From a bacterium (GTDB lineage: Bacteria > Patescibacteriota > Dojkabacteria > JAKAPS01): a stretch of DNA of 64,000 nucleotides. The notes under the pieces are model-generated. The model did no database searches. It saw only the letters and a list, made by a program, of their open reading frames with translations, and had not been told where the DNA came from. Made by a program: the position numbers and the translations under genes. This document shows, one piece after another, positions 33,212-43,628 of this stretch (within the stretch, counting starts at the first letter, position 1; each line of letters opens with the position of its first letter). Location of the stretch: the NCBI GenBank assembly GCA_021806925.1, contig JAKAPS010000001.1:1237-65236 (forward strand), read 5' to 3'.

Positions 33212-33858
33212 TCTTTATCCATATCATTAATTACAGATCTGAATCTGATCATTTCATTAAATCGCAGATGCTTCCATCTTGAAAAAGCAATTGTTATGAA
33301 AATAAATAAAATATCTATTTCAGGATATCTCAGTAGGAACCATTGAGGTATAAAAAGAACAACTATATATGCAAGTATTGAAAGGATTAATGTATTAAAA
33401 AACATCAAAAAAGCAACTTTATTACCAGTTGATTTAAACATTGAAGTTATAAATATCTCAGAAATGGATATATATATAACCATTTCTATTGGTGAAATTG
33501 ATGATATATTAACCAATTTGAAAAAGAACATGAAATATATAAGAAAAATGACACTAATCAAACTTACTATTACAGCTATTCTTGGTAGATAATGTAAATT
33601 GAATGATTTTGTATATGTTTTAAGAAAGAATGAAATTAAATACACAAAAATTAAAAACAAGCTACCCTCAATTCCTCCACTCCCGTTTAAAAATGCAAAT
33701 ACAATAAGCATAGGTGTCTGAAAACCATAGGATTTGACTCCAACAACATTTCTTCCCATTGCAATAATTGAAGAAATAACAGGTATTAGTAGTAGATAAT
33801 AAAAAAGAGTTGGATTGGACACAAAAGCAGTTTGTATAAAACTTTCCATTTTTATCAA
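33208..33858 (-). CDS. 7TM protein of the transglutaminase/ATP-grasp-associated family
   Basis: LLLIPV...RNVVGVKSYGFQTP, LHYLPR, RYPE, RWKHLRFNEMIRFR. Confidence 0.75.
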   Translation of the reverse strand: MIKMESFIQTAFVSNPTLFYYLLLIPVISSIIAMGRNVVGVKSYGFQTPMLIVFAFLNGSGGIEGSLFLIFVYLISFFLKTYTKSFNLHYLPRIAVIVSLISVIFLIYFMFFFKLVNISSISPIEMVIYISISEIFITSMFKSTGNKVAFLMFFNTLILSILAYIVVLFIPQWFLLRYPEIDILFIFITIAFSRWKHLRFNEMIRFRSVINDMDKE

Positions 33859-33899
33859 GTCATATATAACAGATTAAGATAATTTATGCAATTGATAAA

Positions 33900-35093
33900 T
33901 CATTTAATATAGTCTTTGAAAATGCCTGCAATCTCCTTTGTTGTTTTCAATCTCCTTATTGCTTTTGATTCTATTTGCCTTATTCTTTCCCTCGTAACAT
34001 TGAATTCATGACCAACCTCCTCAAGTGTTCTACCAATACCATCTTTAAGTCCAAATCTAAGTTCTAGGACTTTCCTTTCTCTATCAGTAAGCGTTGAAAG
34101 AACATCCTCAATCTGCTCTTTAAGATATGCATAATCAGATATTTCAACTGGTGACATTGATTCTTCATCAGCAATAATATCACTCATATTTGAGGTTCTA
34201 TCTTCCCCTATCTTCGTTTCCAAAGATGTAGGAATTTGCATTATCTTAATTATTTCCTGAACTCTACTCTCATCAATACCCATTGTCTTCGCAATCTCTA
34301 ATGATGTCGGTTTTCTTTCTAATTTGATGGTAAGTTCATTAACAACCCTGGAAAGTTGATTTATCGTTTCTATCATATGAACTGGAACTCTTATAGTTCT
34401 AGCCTGATCGGCTATTGCTCTAGTTACAGCCTGTCTTATCCACCATGTAGCATATGTAGAGAATTTAAATCCTTTTTTGTAATCAAACTTTTCTACAGCT
34501 CTCATCAACCCCATATTCCCCTCCTGAATAAGATCAAGCAGGTCAAGCCCTCTTCTTTGATACTTTTTTGCTATACTCACAACAAGTCTTAAGTTTGCAG
34601 TAGTTAAGTAGCTTACAGCATCTTTATCACCCTTTTCAATACGCTTAGCTAAAATTACCTCCTCTTCACTTGTTAATAATGGAATTCTGCCAATCTCATG
34701 CAAGTATGCTCTCATAGGCTCATTTGCAACCGTGCTTTGAATCGATTTCAATATTTTTATCTTATCTTGCAGAGATTCTTTTGCATCAATGCTACTATCT
34801 GAATTTGAATCGCTTTTTCCTATAGCCTTTAGGTCAACAGCATTCTTGCCACTACTCTTTGATACTGGTTCATCATCACCTACACCAACTATTTCAAGGC
34901 CAATATCAAGAAGATTTGTTATCAACAAATCTATTTCAGGTACGAAATTTTCAACCTCTGGAAAAACACCCAACACATCGGATTGGGTTAAGAATCCCTT
35001 TTTCTTCGCTAAATTTAATAAGGAATCTAACCTAACTGAACTCTTTTTACTTATTTTTAGAGGTTGCATGTAAATACTTGTATTTGCTTTCAC
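33900..35093 (-). CDS. rpoD: RNA polymerase primary sigma factor
   Basis: [58 protein letters not shown]. Confidence 0.97.
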   Translation of the reverse strand: MKANTSIYMQPLKISKKSSVRLDSLLNLAKKKGFLTQSDVLGVFPEVENFVPEIDLLITNLLDIGLEIVGVGDDEPVSKSSGKNAVDLKAIGKSDSNSDSSIDAKESLQDKIKILKSIQSTVANEPMRAYLHEIGRIPLLTSEEEVILAKRIEKGDKDAVSYLTTANLRLVVSIAKKYQRRGLDLLDLIQEGNMGLMRAVEKFDYKKGFKFSTYATWWIRQAVTRAIADQARTIRVPVHMIETINQLSRVVNELTIKLERKPTSLEIAKTMGIDESRVQEIIKIMQIPTSLETKIGEDRTSNMSDIIADEESMSPVEISDYAYLKEQIEDVLSTLTDRERKVLELRFGLKDGIGRTLEEVGHEFNVTRERIRQIESKAIRRLKTTKEIAGIFKDYIK

Positions 35094-35126
35094 TGCATTA
35101 TATATTATATACGGAAAGTTGTCTAT

Positions 35127-35987
35127 ATGTTTTTTTATGATTCATTCCTTACACTAAAAGAAAGCTTAAAACTATTAAAAAAGAGAAAAAAGCTCGTTTT
35201 TCTCTCATTTATACTATCTCTAGCTGGATTTAGCCTTCAAAGCCAACCACTCCTTTTCATTGAATTTTCAAATAGAATATATACAGATAATTATTCTTTT
35301 TTAAAGGCTTTTATTGTATTTGCAATCGCTTCATGGTTTATTTCCCTTATATTATCAAGCTTTTTACTACCAAAAATGATATATATATTAAAAGCTAAGG
35401 ATAAAAATATTAGAAATACTAAAAACAGATATATTAGTAAGTTTACAAAGGCATTCCCTATTGTTTTTTCTTATTATATAGCCCTTATAGTTATTTCTGG
35501 AGGCGGAATAATATATCTAATTAATTTATTAATAAAATTAACGGTATCATCAGGAAATATATCCAGCTCATTCTTATTAAGCACAGATAGTAGACCTATA
35601 CTTGCTATATTCTTCACATTTGGCGTACTGTTGCAGGCATATATCTTTATACTATTTCTGTTTACACTGTTCTTTAGATTTGCAGACAGGAAAAAGTTCA
35701 CAGTATCTGTACTTTACGCAATTAACTTCATATCAAAAAGATTTTTTGATGTGCTAACAGGTTGGATATTACAGACATTAGTATTTATTGTTCCTACAAT
35801 TGCAATTATATTGTTCTTTGTAGATTTGCAGAATCTATATTCTGATATTCCATCACTATTAATTCCATTTTTCCTGTTAATGATTATAACGATGGTACTT
35901 TATTCAATGTTTGCTATAATAGTATCAATTTCCTATTGGTGGATATTGTTTAAGAAGTACAATAAGAAAAAAGTCTTTGTAAGATAA
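35127..35987 (+). CDS. Multi-pass membrane protein
   Basis: About six hydrophobic helices. The ATG at 35127 avoids overlap with rpoD. Confidence 0.7.
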   Translation: MFFYDSFLTLKESLKLLKKRKKLVFLSFILSLAGFSLQSQPLLFIEFSNRIYTDNYSFLKAFIVFAIASWFISLILSSFLLPKMIYILKAKDKNIRNTKNRYISKFTKAFPIVFSYYIALIVISGGGIIYLINLLIKLTVSSGNISSSFLLSTDSRPILAIFFTFGVLLQAYIFILFLFTLFFRFADRKKFTVSVLYAINFISKRFFDVLTGWILQTLVFIVPTIAIILFFVDLQNLYSDIPSLLIPFFLLMIITMVLYSMFAIIVSISYWWILFKKYNKKKVFVR

Positions 35988-36030
35988 AAGATAATAAGTT
36001 AGATAATTACTTATTATTATTAAATATTTT

Positions 36031-36558
36031 TTACAACATATATGGATATGGATTAACAATAACCCAATTGTTATCCTCATTTTTATATATTTGATAATGG
36101 ACGTGAACTCCAGTTACACATACTCCAAACATTCCAGTTTCTCCTATTTGTGCTACTTTTTCACCGTAATGTATCTCATCACCTGAATGTATGTAGCTTA
36201 CTTTAATATGTCCAAGATAAATTATGTAGTTTAGATTTTTAATAATAACAGAATTTCCACCACAAACATCATAGTTATTATATCCTATGCCATTTATTGT
36301 TGAATATAGAAATGTATTTGATGCGTTTTTTGGGACCAGATCAATTCCCTCATGCTGATGATGAAATATCTTAAAGTATCTCGGATCATGAAAATATGCT
36401 GTTACAATATAGCTTCCATGTATCGGAGAACCATTAGGTCTACCGTTAGGCAAAAATATATATGATATGTTTTTAAAATAACCCAAGGAATATAGCAATA
36501 TCATTGTCACAATAACAATTACAAAGTATACTGCTATAATATATTTTATATTACCCAT
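36031..36558 (-). CDS. Membrane-anchored M23 family metallopeptidase
   Basis: HEGIDL (HxxxD), GNSV, YLGH, GETG, TGVHVHY (HxH), VNP. Confidence 0.88.
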   Translation of the reverse strand: MGNIKYIIAVYFVIVIVTMILLYSLGYFKNISYIFLPNGRPNGSPIHGSYIVTAYFHDPRYFKIFHHQHEGIDLVPKNASNTFLYSTINGIGYNNYDVCGGNSVIIKNLNYIIYLGHIKVSYIHSGDEIHYGEKVAQIGETGMFGVCVTGVHVHYQIYKNEDNNWVIVNPYPYML

Positions 36559-37163
36559 GATTCGTTTTTAACTAAATTCTGATCATCAACAGTCTCATAA
36601 ACTGTAAATGAGTTTATATTTGATACATAGTTTATTGTTATATCGGATTCTCCACTACCGTTGCTTGGAGAAGTGAACATTGTGTTACTACCATATATTA
36701 TTTTTGATATAACGCCAGAAACTGGGACGGAATTTGCAGTAGTTATTAATTGTACATTTATACTTCCTTTTTCAATTGTTATATTAATATTTAATTCTAA
36801 ATCTATTACTTCATTTGAATTTATATTCACTGAATAAACGTGGGCAGTTGGGTCAAGTCGGGGTGTCAAAGTCAACATATTCTTTGACAGTGAATGAAGC
36901 TGTGCTTGAACAATTGGAATCAGATTTTTTAAATCTGTTATATATTTTTCAGAAAAATAAACCTTTCCTATATCTAAAGTGTTTGCACTTGTATCTATCT
37001 TGTAACTTCTTTTTTCATTAATGACATATGTAATATTCTTTATTGAAAAATACAAAATTATATATAACACAATTAATATAAGAAGAATCCATGCAAATCC
37101 CTTTAATGGACTAGCCTGATATTCCTTTTTCCATGAGTTTGTACGCATATTGTACATATTCAT
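36546..37163 (-). CDS. Membrane-anchored hypothetical protein
   Basis: Single TM near the N-terminus; overlaps both neighbouring genes. Confidence 0.6.
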   Translation of the reverse strand: MNMYNMRTNSWKKEYQASPLKGFAWILLILIVLYIILYFSIKNITYVINEKRSYKIDTSANTLDIGKVYFSEKYITDLKNLIPIVQAQLHSLSKNMLTLTPRLDPTAHVYSVNINSNEVIDLELNINITIEKGSINVQLITTANSVPVSGVISKIIYGSNTMFTSPSNGSGESDITINYVSNINSFTVYETVDDQNLVKNESWVI

Positions 37164-38151
37164 ATAGATTTGACACTATCCTGTTAATAACCGAGTTGAG
37201 AAGTACAGATATTGAGTTATATTTATCCATTAATACCATGTTAATTGACATTCCAAAATTCCTTTTATTACTAATATCTCTGCTGTATTTGTAAGAGGAT
37301 ATATTGTTCTTAGAATTATTATTAACTCTAATATTTACTGCGTTATTATTTACTATACTTGGAGTATTTGAAATACTCGTATAATTTGTTTTTGTTGATT
37401 CTGTTGTTTTCTGCAGTGCTTGTGCGGGTGTTGGAACTACTCTACCAACTTGAATGACATTTTTTGAATTTGTAAAATTATCAATTTCAAGTAGAGTTGC
37501 TAGCCCATTAGTTATCAATAAATTAGAAGATATATCAGTATCAAGACCATATATTTGTATTGAGTTACAATTCAAATCATTACAGTTCAACGTGTATTTT
37601 AGGGGTATATACACAGGATTATTCTTTGATACGCTTGATGTTGGAATTTGATATACCTCTAAAAATTTATATACATCAAAATTCAATGTATAGCTTGAAT
37701 CAGTTAATACAAAAGAGTTACCAGTGTTGCCTGTAACCTTCTGAATATCTATAGATGAATAATTCGAAAATCTATATTCTATTGCACCAGTAAAAACATT
37801 TTCTGTTCTATCATAAGCTAAGAATCCTTGCGGGTCACTAGATGAATACTGCCCATTACTGCTCTGGAAGAATAAAATGTAATAGTTATACGCATTATTC
37901 AATTCAGTTTGATCTACACTCAATAAATATCTATTTTCTTCTTTATTAAATGTCATTTCATATTTATATATACACGGACTTTGCACCTCTATACTGTCTG
38001 TAAAACATACATATGTTGGTAAATCAGAATACTGTGAATATACCTCAATAATTGTAGTATTTTGTAAAGCAAATACTATATTGCGTGAATAAAAGTTAGC
38101 AATTAAGATAAATATGAACACGAAAAACGATATTAATGTTATTCTAAACAT
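37111..38151 (-). CDS. Secreted hypothetical protein
   Basis: Signal peptide ending VFA; beta-rich domain with Cys pairs. Confidence 0.65.
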   Translation of the reverse strand: MFRITLISFFVFIFILIANFYSRNIVFALQNTTIIEVYSQYSDLPTYVCFTDSIEVQSPCIYKYEMTFNKEENRYLLSVDQTELNNAYNYYILFFQSSNGQYSSSDPQGFLAYDRTENVFTGAIEYRFSNYSSIDIQKVTGNTGNSFVLTDSSYTLNFDVYKFLEVYQIPTSSVSKNNPVYIPLKYTLNCNDLNCNSIQIYGLDTDISSNLLITNGLATLLEIDNFTNSKNVIQVGRVVPTPAQALQKTTESTKTNYTSISNTPSIVNNNAVNIRVNNNSKNNISSYKYSRDISNKRNFGMSINMVLMDKYNSISVLLNSVINRIVSNLYEYVQYAYKLMEKGISG

Positions 38152-38267
38152 TAGTTTTCTATATATTTTCAGTTATTGGGGAAGGGGAATTTTTCCATTT
38201 CTCTTTTACAGGAATTTTAGAAAATATGCAAGTGCAATAAATTTTATTGCTTTGTTATAGTATTCTT

Positions 38268-38276
38268 TGATATAAT
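38268..38276 (+). promoter_or_regulatory. Extended -10 promoter of rpsT
   Basis: TGATATAAT matches TGnTATAAT; TTGCTT lies 18 bp upstream of the hexamer. Confidence 0.55.
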
Positions 38277-38291
38277 TCTTTACAGTTATTT

Positions 38292-38522
38292 ATGGCAAAT
38301 CTACATGCATCAAAGAAAGATATTAGAAAAACAGTAAGAAGAACTGTAACAAATAAGAAACTTCTTGTAAAGCTGGATAAATCTCTTAAGCTTGCAAAAA
38401 AGAAGACTGAAGGGGCAATTGATAATTTGTACAGCGTTCTTGACAAAATGGTTAAGAAGAATATCATTAATAAGAATAAAGCATCAAGAATAAAATCAAG
38501 AACCGTAAAGAAAACCAAATAA
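38292..38522 (+). CDS. rpsT: 30S ribosomal protein S20
   Basis: MANLHASKKDIR...LDKMVKKNIINKNKASRIKSR. Confidence 0.92.
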   Translation: MANLHASKKDIRKTVRRTVTNKKLLVKLDKSLKLAKKKTEGAIDNLYSVLDKMVKKNIINKNKASRIKSRTVKKTK

Positions 38523-38535
38523 GTAAAGAAAGACT

Positions 38536-39045
38536 ATGGTTTCAAAAACATTATTAAAATTGGTTGATGAAGCTGTTCTTCCATCTTTCCTTATTATTGG
38601 AGTAAAAGTTATATCAATAGCATTAATTACAGGACTTTTAAACATATCATTTTACTACCAAAACATTGGTGTAATTTATCTTGAGAAGTTTAGTAATGTA
38701 ATTTATGTTAACTCATATTCTGATTTGATAACATATTTTGTCATTCTATCTGGTGTGGTATTTATTCTTATAAAACTGTTATTTTTCACGCATAATAAAG
38801 TGAATCCTGAAGTGTATATGAGGCTAGCAAAGCATAATAGATTATCATTCATTCAATCCTTAAGCGAACTTTATCATATATTCTTTATTTGGTTAGGATT
38901 CCTGTTCCTAATGACAATATTTATGCTTGTTCGCTCATTACTACTAATTGACTATATACAATTAGGTATAATTGCAACAAGTGTTTTTGTCTTTCTTATG
39001 TTTATTACAGTAAAAGAAGTCGAGAAGGATTTAAGCAGAAGGTAA
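38536..39045 (+). CDS. Four-TM hypothetical membrane protein
   Basis: Four hydrophobic helices; LVDEAVLP, NSYSDL, EVEKD. Confidence 0.7.
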   Translation: MVSKTLLKLVDEAVLPSFLIIGVKVISIALITGLLNISFYYQNIGVIYLEKFSNVIYVNSYSDLITYFVILSGVVFILIKLLFFTHNKVNPEVYMRLAKHNRLSFIQSLSELYHIFFIWLGFLFLMTIFMLVRSLLLIDYIQLGIIATSVFVFLMFITVKEVEKDLSRR

Positions 39046-39058
39046 AACACTTCACCTA

Positions 39059-39613
39059 TCACTCTTTTTCTACTTTATTTAAATGTATAAATGTTTTTCT
39101 ATGTAATTTGGATAATCCATATTTTCTAAGCATTTCAAAGTGATACTTACTTCCATACCCCTTGTTATTTCCAAAGTTATACACACTAAACTCATTCCTT
39201 TTTCCTACACTTGTCATAAAATTATCCCTAACAACTTTCGCAACAATTGATGCAGCAGATATTTCATATATCTTCTGATCACCTTTAATTATTGTTTCAC
39301 ATTTATCAGGTATATTTCTAAAATATCCATCAATTAAACATTTTGTCTCTCCGAAATATCTGTAAATTTGTTCAATGCCATCTTCTAAAACTACCTGAAT
39401 ACCTAATTCATCAATTTTTTTGTTATTAACCATTACAACAAATACTTCATGTGTCTTTAATATTTCTTTGTAAAGTATTTCACGTTTCTTTTGAGTTATT
39501 TGTTTAGAATCTCTAACCCCATAAATATTTATTCCGTTATATTTTACACCGCATATAGTAACTGGACCTGCTAATGGTCCCCTGCCTGCTTCATCAATTC
39601 CAACGTAATTCAT
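39059..39613 (-). CDS. rnhB: Ribonuclease HII
   Basis: GIDEAGRGPLAGP, DSK, LIDG, IKGD, ISAASIVAKVVRD, NKGYGS, HRKTF; start placed at ATG 39613. Confidence 0.95.
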   Translation of the reverse strand: MNYVGIDEAGRGPLAGPVTICGVKYNGINIYGVRDSKQITQKKREILYKEILKTHEVFVVMVNNKKIDELGIQVVLEDGIEQIYRYFGETKCLIDGYFRNIPDKCETIIKGDQKIYEISAASIVAKVVRDNFMTSVGKRNEFSVYNFGNNKGYGSKYHFEMLRKYGLSKLHRKTFIHLNKVEKE

Positions 39614-39648
39614 TGTTATTACTCTATTTAATATGTATAATAATATCA

Positions 39649-39780
39649 ATGAAATCAATTGTAAATACATTGCTTGAATTAGTTTTAATTCTCGCTCTTA
39701 CTGCTCTTTTTACAATTCCTTTTATTGCTATGAATCATTTAACAGTTCATACAATAAATCCAATTGCCCAACTGCCATAA
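39649..39780 (+). CDS. 43-aa single-TM small protein upstream of lepA
   Basis: MKSIVNTLLELVLILALTALFTIPFIAMNHLTVHTINPIAQLP; TATAAT 7 nt before the ATG; fills the rnhB-lepA gap. Confidence 0.5.
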   Translation: MKSIVNTLLELVLILALTALFTIPFIAMNHLTVHTINPIAQLP

Positions 39781-39800
39781 AGAGAGAATAAAAATTAATA

Positions 39801-41594
39801 ATGGAGAATGAATTAAAGATACGTAATTTTTGTATTATTGCACACATTGATCACGGTAAGTCAACACTTGCAGATAGATTTTTAGAATATACTCACGCTG
39901 TTGATGCTAGAAAAATGCATAGCCAATACCTAGATAATATGTCTATTGAACAGGAAAGAGGAATTACTATAAAATTACAGACTGCAAGGATGAAATATAA
40001 CGGGTATGTATTGAATTTAATTGATACGCCTGGTCACATTGATTTTAAATATGAGGTATCAAGAAGTATTGCAGCGAGTGAAGGAGCAATTCTTCTTATT
40101 GATGCAACTCAAGGTATACAGGCTCAAACTCTCACAACAGTTCTTCAGGCAATGGATGAGGGTCTAACAATAATACCTGTACTAAACAAAGTCGATGTTG
40201 CAAAAGCGGAAATAGGATTTAGATTAGAAGAAATAAAATCGATATTAGGATTTAATGAGAGTGAAGTAATTCTAGCTTCTGGAAGAACTGGTGAAGGTAT
40301 TGAAGAAATATTAAATAGAATAATAGAGAAAATACCTGCACCAAATAATATTATAAATGAATCAAAAGCACTTATATTTGATTCATTTTATGATGATTTT
40401 AAAGGAATAATATGTGTTGTAAGGAATTTTGGTAAAACAATACAATCCAACGAAAAATTATTTTTGTTAGCTACTGAAACAGAATTCCACCCAATTGAAA
40501 TTGGATATCTGTACCCAGAACTTGTTGAATCAACTTCTATCCTGCCTGGTGAAGTCGGATATATAGCTACTGGATTAAAAGATATTAGACTAGGGTTAGT
40601 AGGAGATACTATATCAAACAAGAAAAATACAGAACCATTACAAGGATATAAGAAGATAAAGCCGTTGGTTTTTTCAGGTATATTTCCTACAAAAAGAAAT
40701 GAATTAAAAGAATTTCGTGATGCTATAACAAAATTAAGTTTAAATGACAGTTCATTTAGTTTTCAAGCTGAAACACATCCAATTCTTGGATTTGGCTACA
40801 AGTGTGGATTCTTAGGCATGCTACATCTTGATATTTTTAAAGAAAGGTTGAAACGAGAGTGGGGAGTTGAAGTAATTTCCACGTTTCCAAATTGTGAATA
40901 TATTGTTAAATTTAAAGATTCAAAAGAAGAAAAAATACTATACTCTGCTGAAGAATTTGATATGGGAAATATTGAATACGTCAAGGAACCGATGGCAAAC
41001 CTTCACATATATACCAGAGATGAATATATTGGAAAAATAATGGAATATGTTATGTCTATAAGAGGAACATATATAAACACAAATTTTCAAGAATATAAAT
41101 TCTCAACTGGTAGTTTTAAAAGAGCTGAACTGGAATTTGAAGTACCATTAAATGAAATTCTTACAGTTTTCTATGATAATATAAGGAGCATATCTAAAGG
41201 GTATGCCTCTATTGATTACACTGTTAGTGAATATAAAGCATCTGATATAGTAAAACTTGATATTCTTGCAAATGGTGAACCTATAAATGCACTTTCACAA
41301 ATAGTACATAGGAATTTTGCAGTAGAAAGAGGAAAGAAAATTCTTGAATTAATAAAGCCGCTAATACCTAGACAACAATTTAAAATTATTCTGCAAGCAA
41401 GTGTAGGTAATAAAATCATTGCAAGAGAAACTTTAAGCGCATTTAGTAAAGATGTAGATGCTAAATTACATGGAGGAGATAGAACAAGGAGAATGAAACT
41501 ATGGGAGAAGCAAAAGAAAGGTAAGGAAAGATTAAAGAAATATGGTAAAGTTGAAATACCTCCAAGTATATATATAATAACAAGTAGAGTTTAG
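39801..41594 (+). CDS. lepA: Elongation factor 4
   Basis: IRNFCIIAHIDHGKSTLADR, ERGITIK, DTPGH, GFLGMLH, IPRQQF, GGDRTR. Confidence 0.97.
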   Translation: MENELKIRNFCIIAHIDHGKSTLADRFLEYTHAVDARKMHSQYLDNMSIEQERGITIKLQTARMKYNGYVLNLIDTPGHIDFKYEVSRSIAASEGAILLIDATQGIQAQTLTTVLQAMDEGLTIIPVLNKVDVAKAEIGFRLEEIKSILGFNESEVILASGRTGEGIEEILNRIIEKIPAPNNIINESKALIFDSFYDDFKGIICVVRNFGKTIQSNEKLFLLATETEFHPIEIGYLYPELVESTSILPGEVGYIATGLKDIRLGLVGDTISNKKNTEPLQGYKKIKPLVFSGIFPTKRNELKEFRDAITKLSLNDSSFSFQAETHPILGFGYKCGFLGMLHLDIFKERLKREWGVEVISTFPNCEYIVKFKDSKEEKILYSAEEFDMGNIEYVKEPMANLHIYTRDEYIGKIMEYVMSIRGTYINTNFQEYKFSTGSFKRAELEFEVPLNEILTVFYDNIRSISKGYASIDYTVSEYKASDIVKLDILANGEPINALSQIVHRNFAVERGKKILELIKPLIPRQQFKIILQASVGNKIIARETLSAFSKDVDAKLHGGDRTRRMKLWEKQKKGKERLKKYGKVEIPPSIYIITSRV

Positions 41595-41606
41595 TATTTT
41601 ATTTAT

Positions 41607-42542
41607 ATGAAGGAAAAGCTAAAATTAATATTAATAGAAATAAGACCGCTTCAATGGGTGAAGAACCTATTTTTATTTACATTCCTAATATTTTCAAGGC
41701 AGTTGTTTGTAGTTCACCAAGATTTAGTATTGATAATTGCTTTTATATCATTTACATTCCTTACATCTGGAATATATATTTTCAATGACATCTTTGATTA
41801 CCCCTTTGACAGAATAAATGAACAAAAGAAGAACAGACCTATTGCAAGCGATAGGATATCAAGATCAGAAGGTTGGAAGCTTTTCATATTATTTACATCT
41901 CTTGCATTTATAACAAATTTAGTATTTAGACTTGGTGAATATTTTCTTCTAATCGAATTAATGTATTTTGTATTAATGGTAAGCTACAGTGTGTATTTCA
42001 GAAATATAGCAATCATTGATTCTTTAATAATTGCTATGGGCTTTGTAATTAGAATAATAGGTGGAGCTTTTGTGATTGGAGAAACTCAATTGTATTCATG
42101 GATAATAGTTGTTGTAATCTCATTATCTTTATTAATTTCAATTGGAAAAAGAAAGTCAGAAATGACTATGTTTGAAAACACTGCTCATCTTCAAAGGAAG
42201 GTTCTTGGAAAATATTCAGAAGATTTCCTTAATTCTCTTCTTTCAGGTCTATTTGCAACTACATTTTTAGCATATGTTCTTCTAACTTTTCAAATGGATA
42301 TATCTAAGAATATATTTAGTACTACACTATTTTTATTACCAAAGAACATAGCAAGAAGCCCACACTTACTAAAATTAACTATTCCTATTGCATTCTATGG
42401 CCTTGCAAGATATATGTATATAATCTACCAAAAGAAAACAGGAGGAACTCCTGAAAAAGCTTTATTTACAGACATTCCTCTTGTAGTAACTGCTATTATC
42501 TTTGTTTTGAGTGTAATATATCTTCTTTATGCAGGGAAATAA
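41607..42542 (+). CDS. UbiA-family prenyltransferase (decaprenyl-phosphate phosphoribosyltransferase-like)
   Basis: RPLQWVKN, YIFNDIFD, KKNRPIAS, GFVIR, KRKSE. Confidence 0.88.
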   Translation: MKEKLKLILIEIRPLQWVKNLFLFTFLIFSRQLFVVHQDLVLIIAFISFTFLTSGIYIFNDIFDYPFDRINEQKKNRPIASDRISRSEGWKLFILFTSLAFITNLVFRLGEYFLLIELMYFVLMVSYSVYFRNIAIIDSLIIAMGFVIRIIGGAFVIGETQLYSWIIVVVISLSLLISIGKRKSEMTMFENTAHLQRKVLGKYSEDFLNSLLSGLFATTFLAYVLLTFQMDISKNIFSTTLFLLPKNIARSPHLLKLTIPIAFYGLARYMYIIYQKKTGGTPEKALFTDIPLVVTAIIFVLSVIYLLYAGK

Positions 42543-43464
42543 GATCTTGTATAAGTATTATATAAATAAATATTCAATATTTTTATTTATTTCCTTTCTA
42601 ATATTCATAACCATATATTTAATATACAATATTACTTACTTAAATAAAGTTGAAGCACAAACTACATCTACATCATCAAATAGCCTTCAAGTATATGTAT
42701 ATATTTTTAATGTTGATTATACAAATACACAAACTGAATCTGATGAACTAGAAAAATTTTTAACAGCAGAAAACATATCCCTTCCATGCTATTATTCAAT
42801 GTATTGGAATGGAAATATACTTAATGGAACATATACTAACAATGACAATATACTAGATGGAAATAGCGTTGGCATTTGTGTATTTAAACCAACTGATAGT
42901 ATGTTCAGCGGGTTAACACAGAATAATATTATTAAATATTTGAATAATATTAATTATTTAACTGGAGTAGGCTTATCAGATATCCACATAGAAAATGCAA
43001 ATTATACTCTAAACAATGATAATACAATATCAATGTTCTACACTGACTCTATAAATTACAAGAATATGATATTTATGAGATTGAGTGGAAATATTAAAAA
43101 TGAAAGCAATCCTATTCCACCTAAAATCAATATAAATAAATTGAGTGTTTCATATAATGAAAATAATAGTGTTGTTTTAGATGTTGCATTTAAATCTATA
43201 GATAACACATTTTTATATAACAATGTTTATTTACATACAACAAACTGTTCAATCAACTCAAATACATGGATAAGTAAATATGTGTCTAATAACGTTATCC
43301 CCGCAAACAATAGTGCTGAAATATCAACATCATTCTCACCCCCTAAACATGTTAATGAATGCAAATTCTATATTAGTGGAGAAGGAGGTGACGTTAAAAA
43401 TACCTATTTCGAAATATTATTTAACAACAATACAAATAGCATATCATCAAAGATAATTAATTAA
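42529..43464 (+). CDS. Exported hypothetical protein
   Basis: N-terminal TM/signal (VEA) followed by an Asn-rich domain. Confidence 0.65.
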   Translation: MQGNKILYKYYINKYSIFLFISFLIFITIYLIYNITYLNKVEAQTTSTSSNSLQVYVYIFNVDYTNTQTESDELEKFLTAENISLPCYYSMYWNGNILNGTYTNNDNILDGNSVGICVFKPTDSMFSGLTQNNIIKYLNNINYLTGVGLSDIHIENANYTLNNDNTISMFYTDSINYKNMIFMRLSGNIKNESNPIPPKININKLSVSYNENNSVVLDVAFKSIDNTFLYNNVYLHTTNCSINSNTWISKYVSNNVIPANNSAEISTSFSPPKHVNECKFYISGEGGDVKNTYFEILFNNNTNSISSKIIN

Positions 43465-43628
43465 ATTTACCAAATACTATCTTTGATAGTTCCTTTCATA
43501 GGGTATTATAGATTTTTCAATAATTGAAAATTCTATTCTGACAACAAAAAAATAATAAATTTATTGCAATAGAAAGATAATAATTCTCTGAAATTTATTT
43601 CTTCAATTACAAATGCAATTAATTTAGG

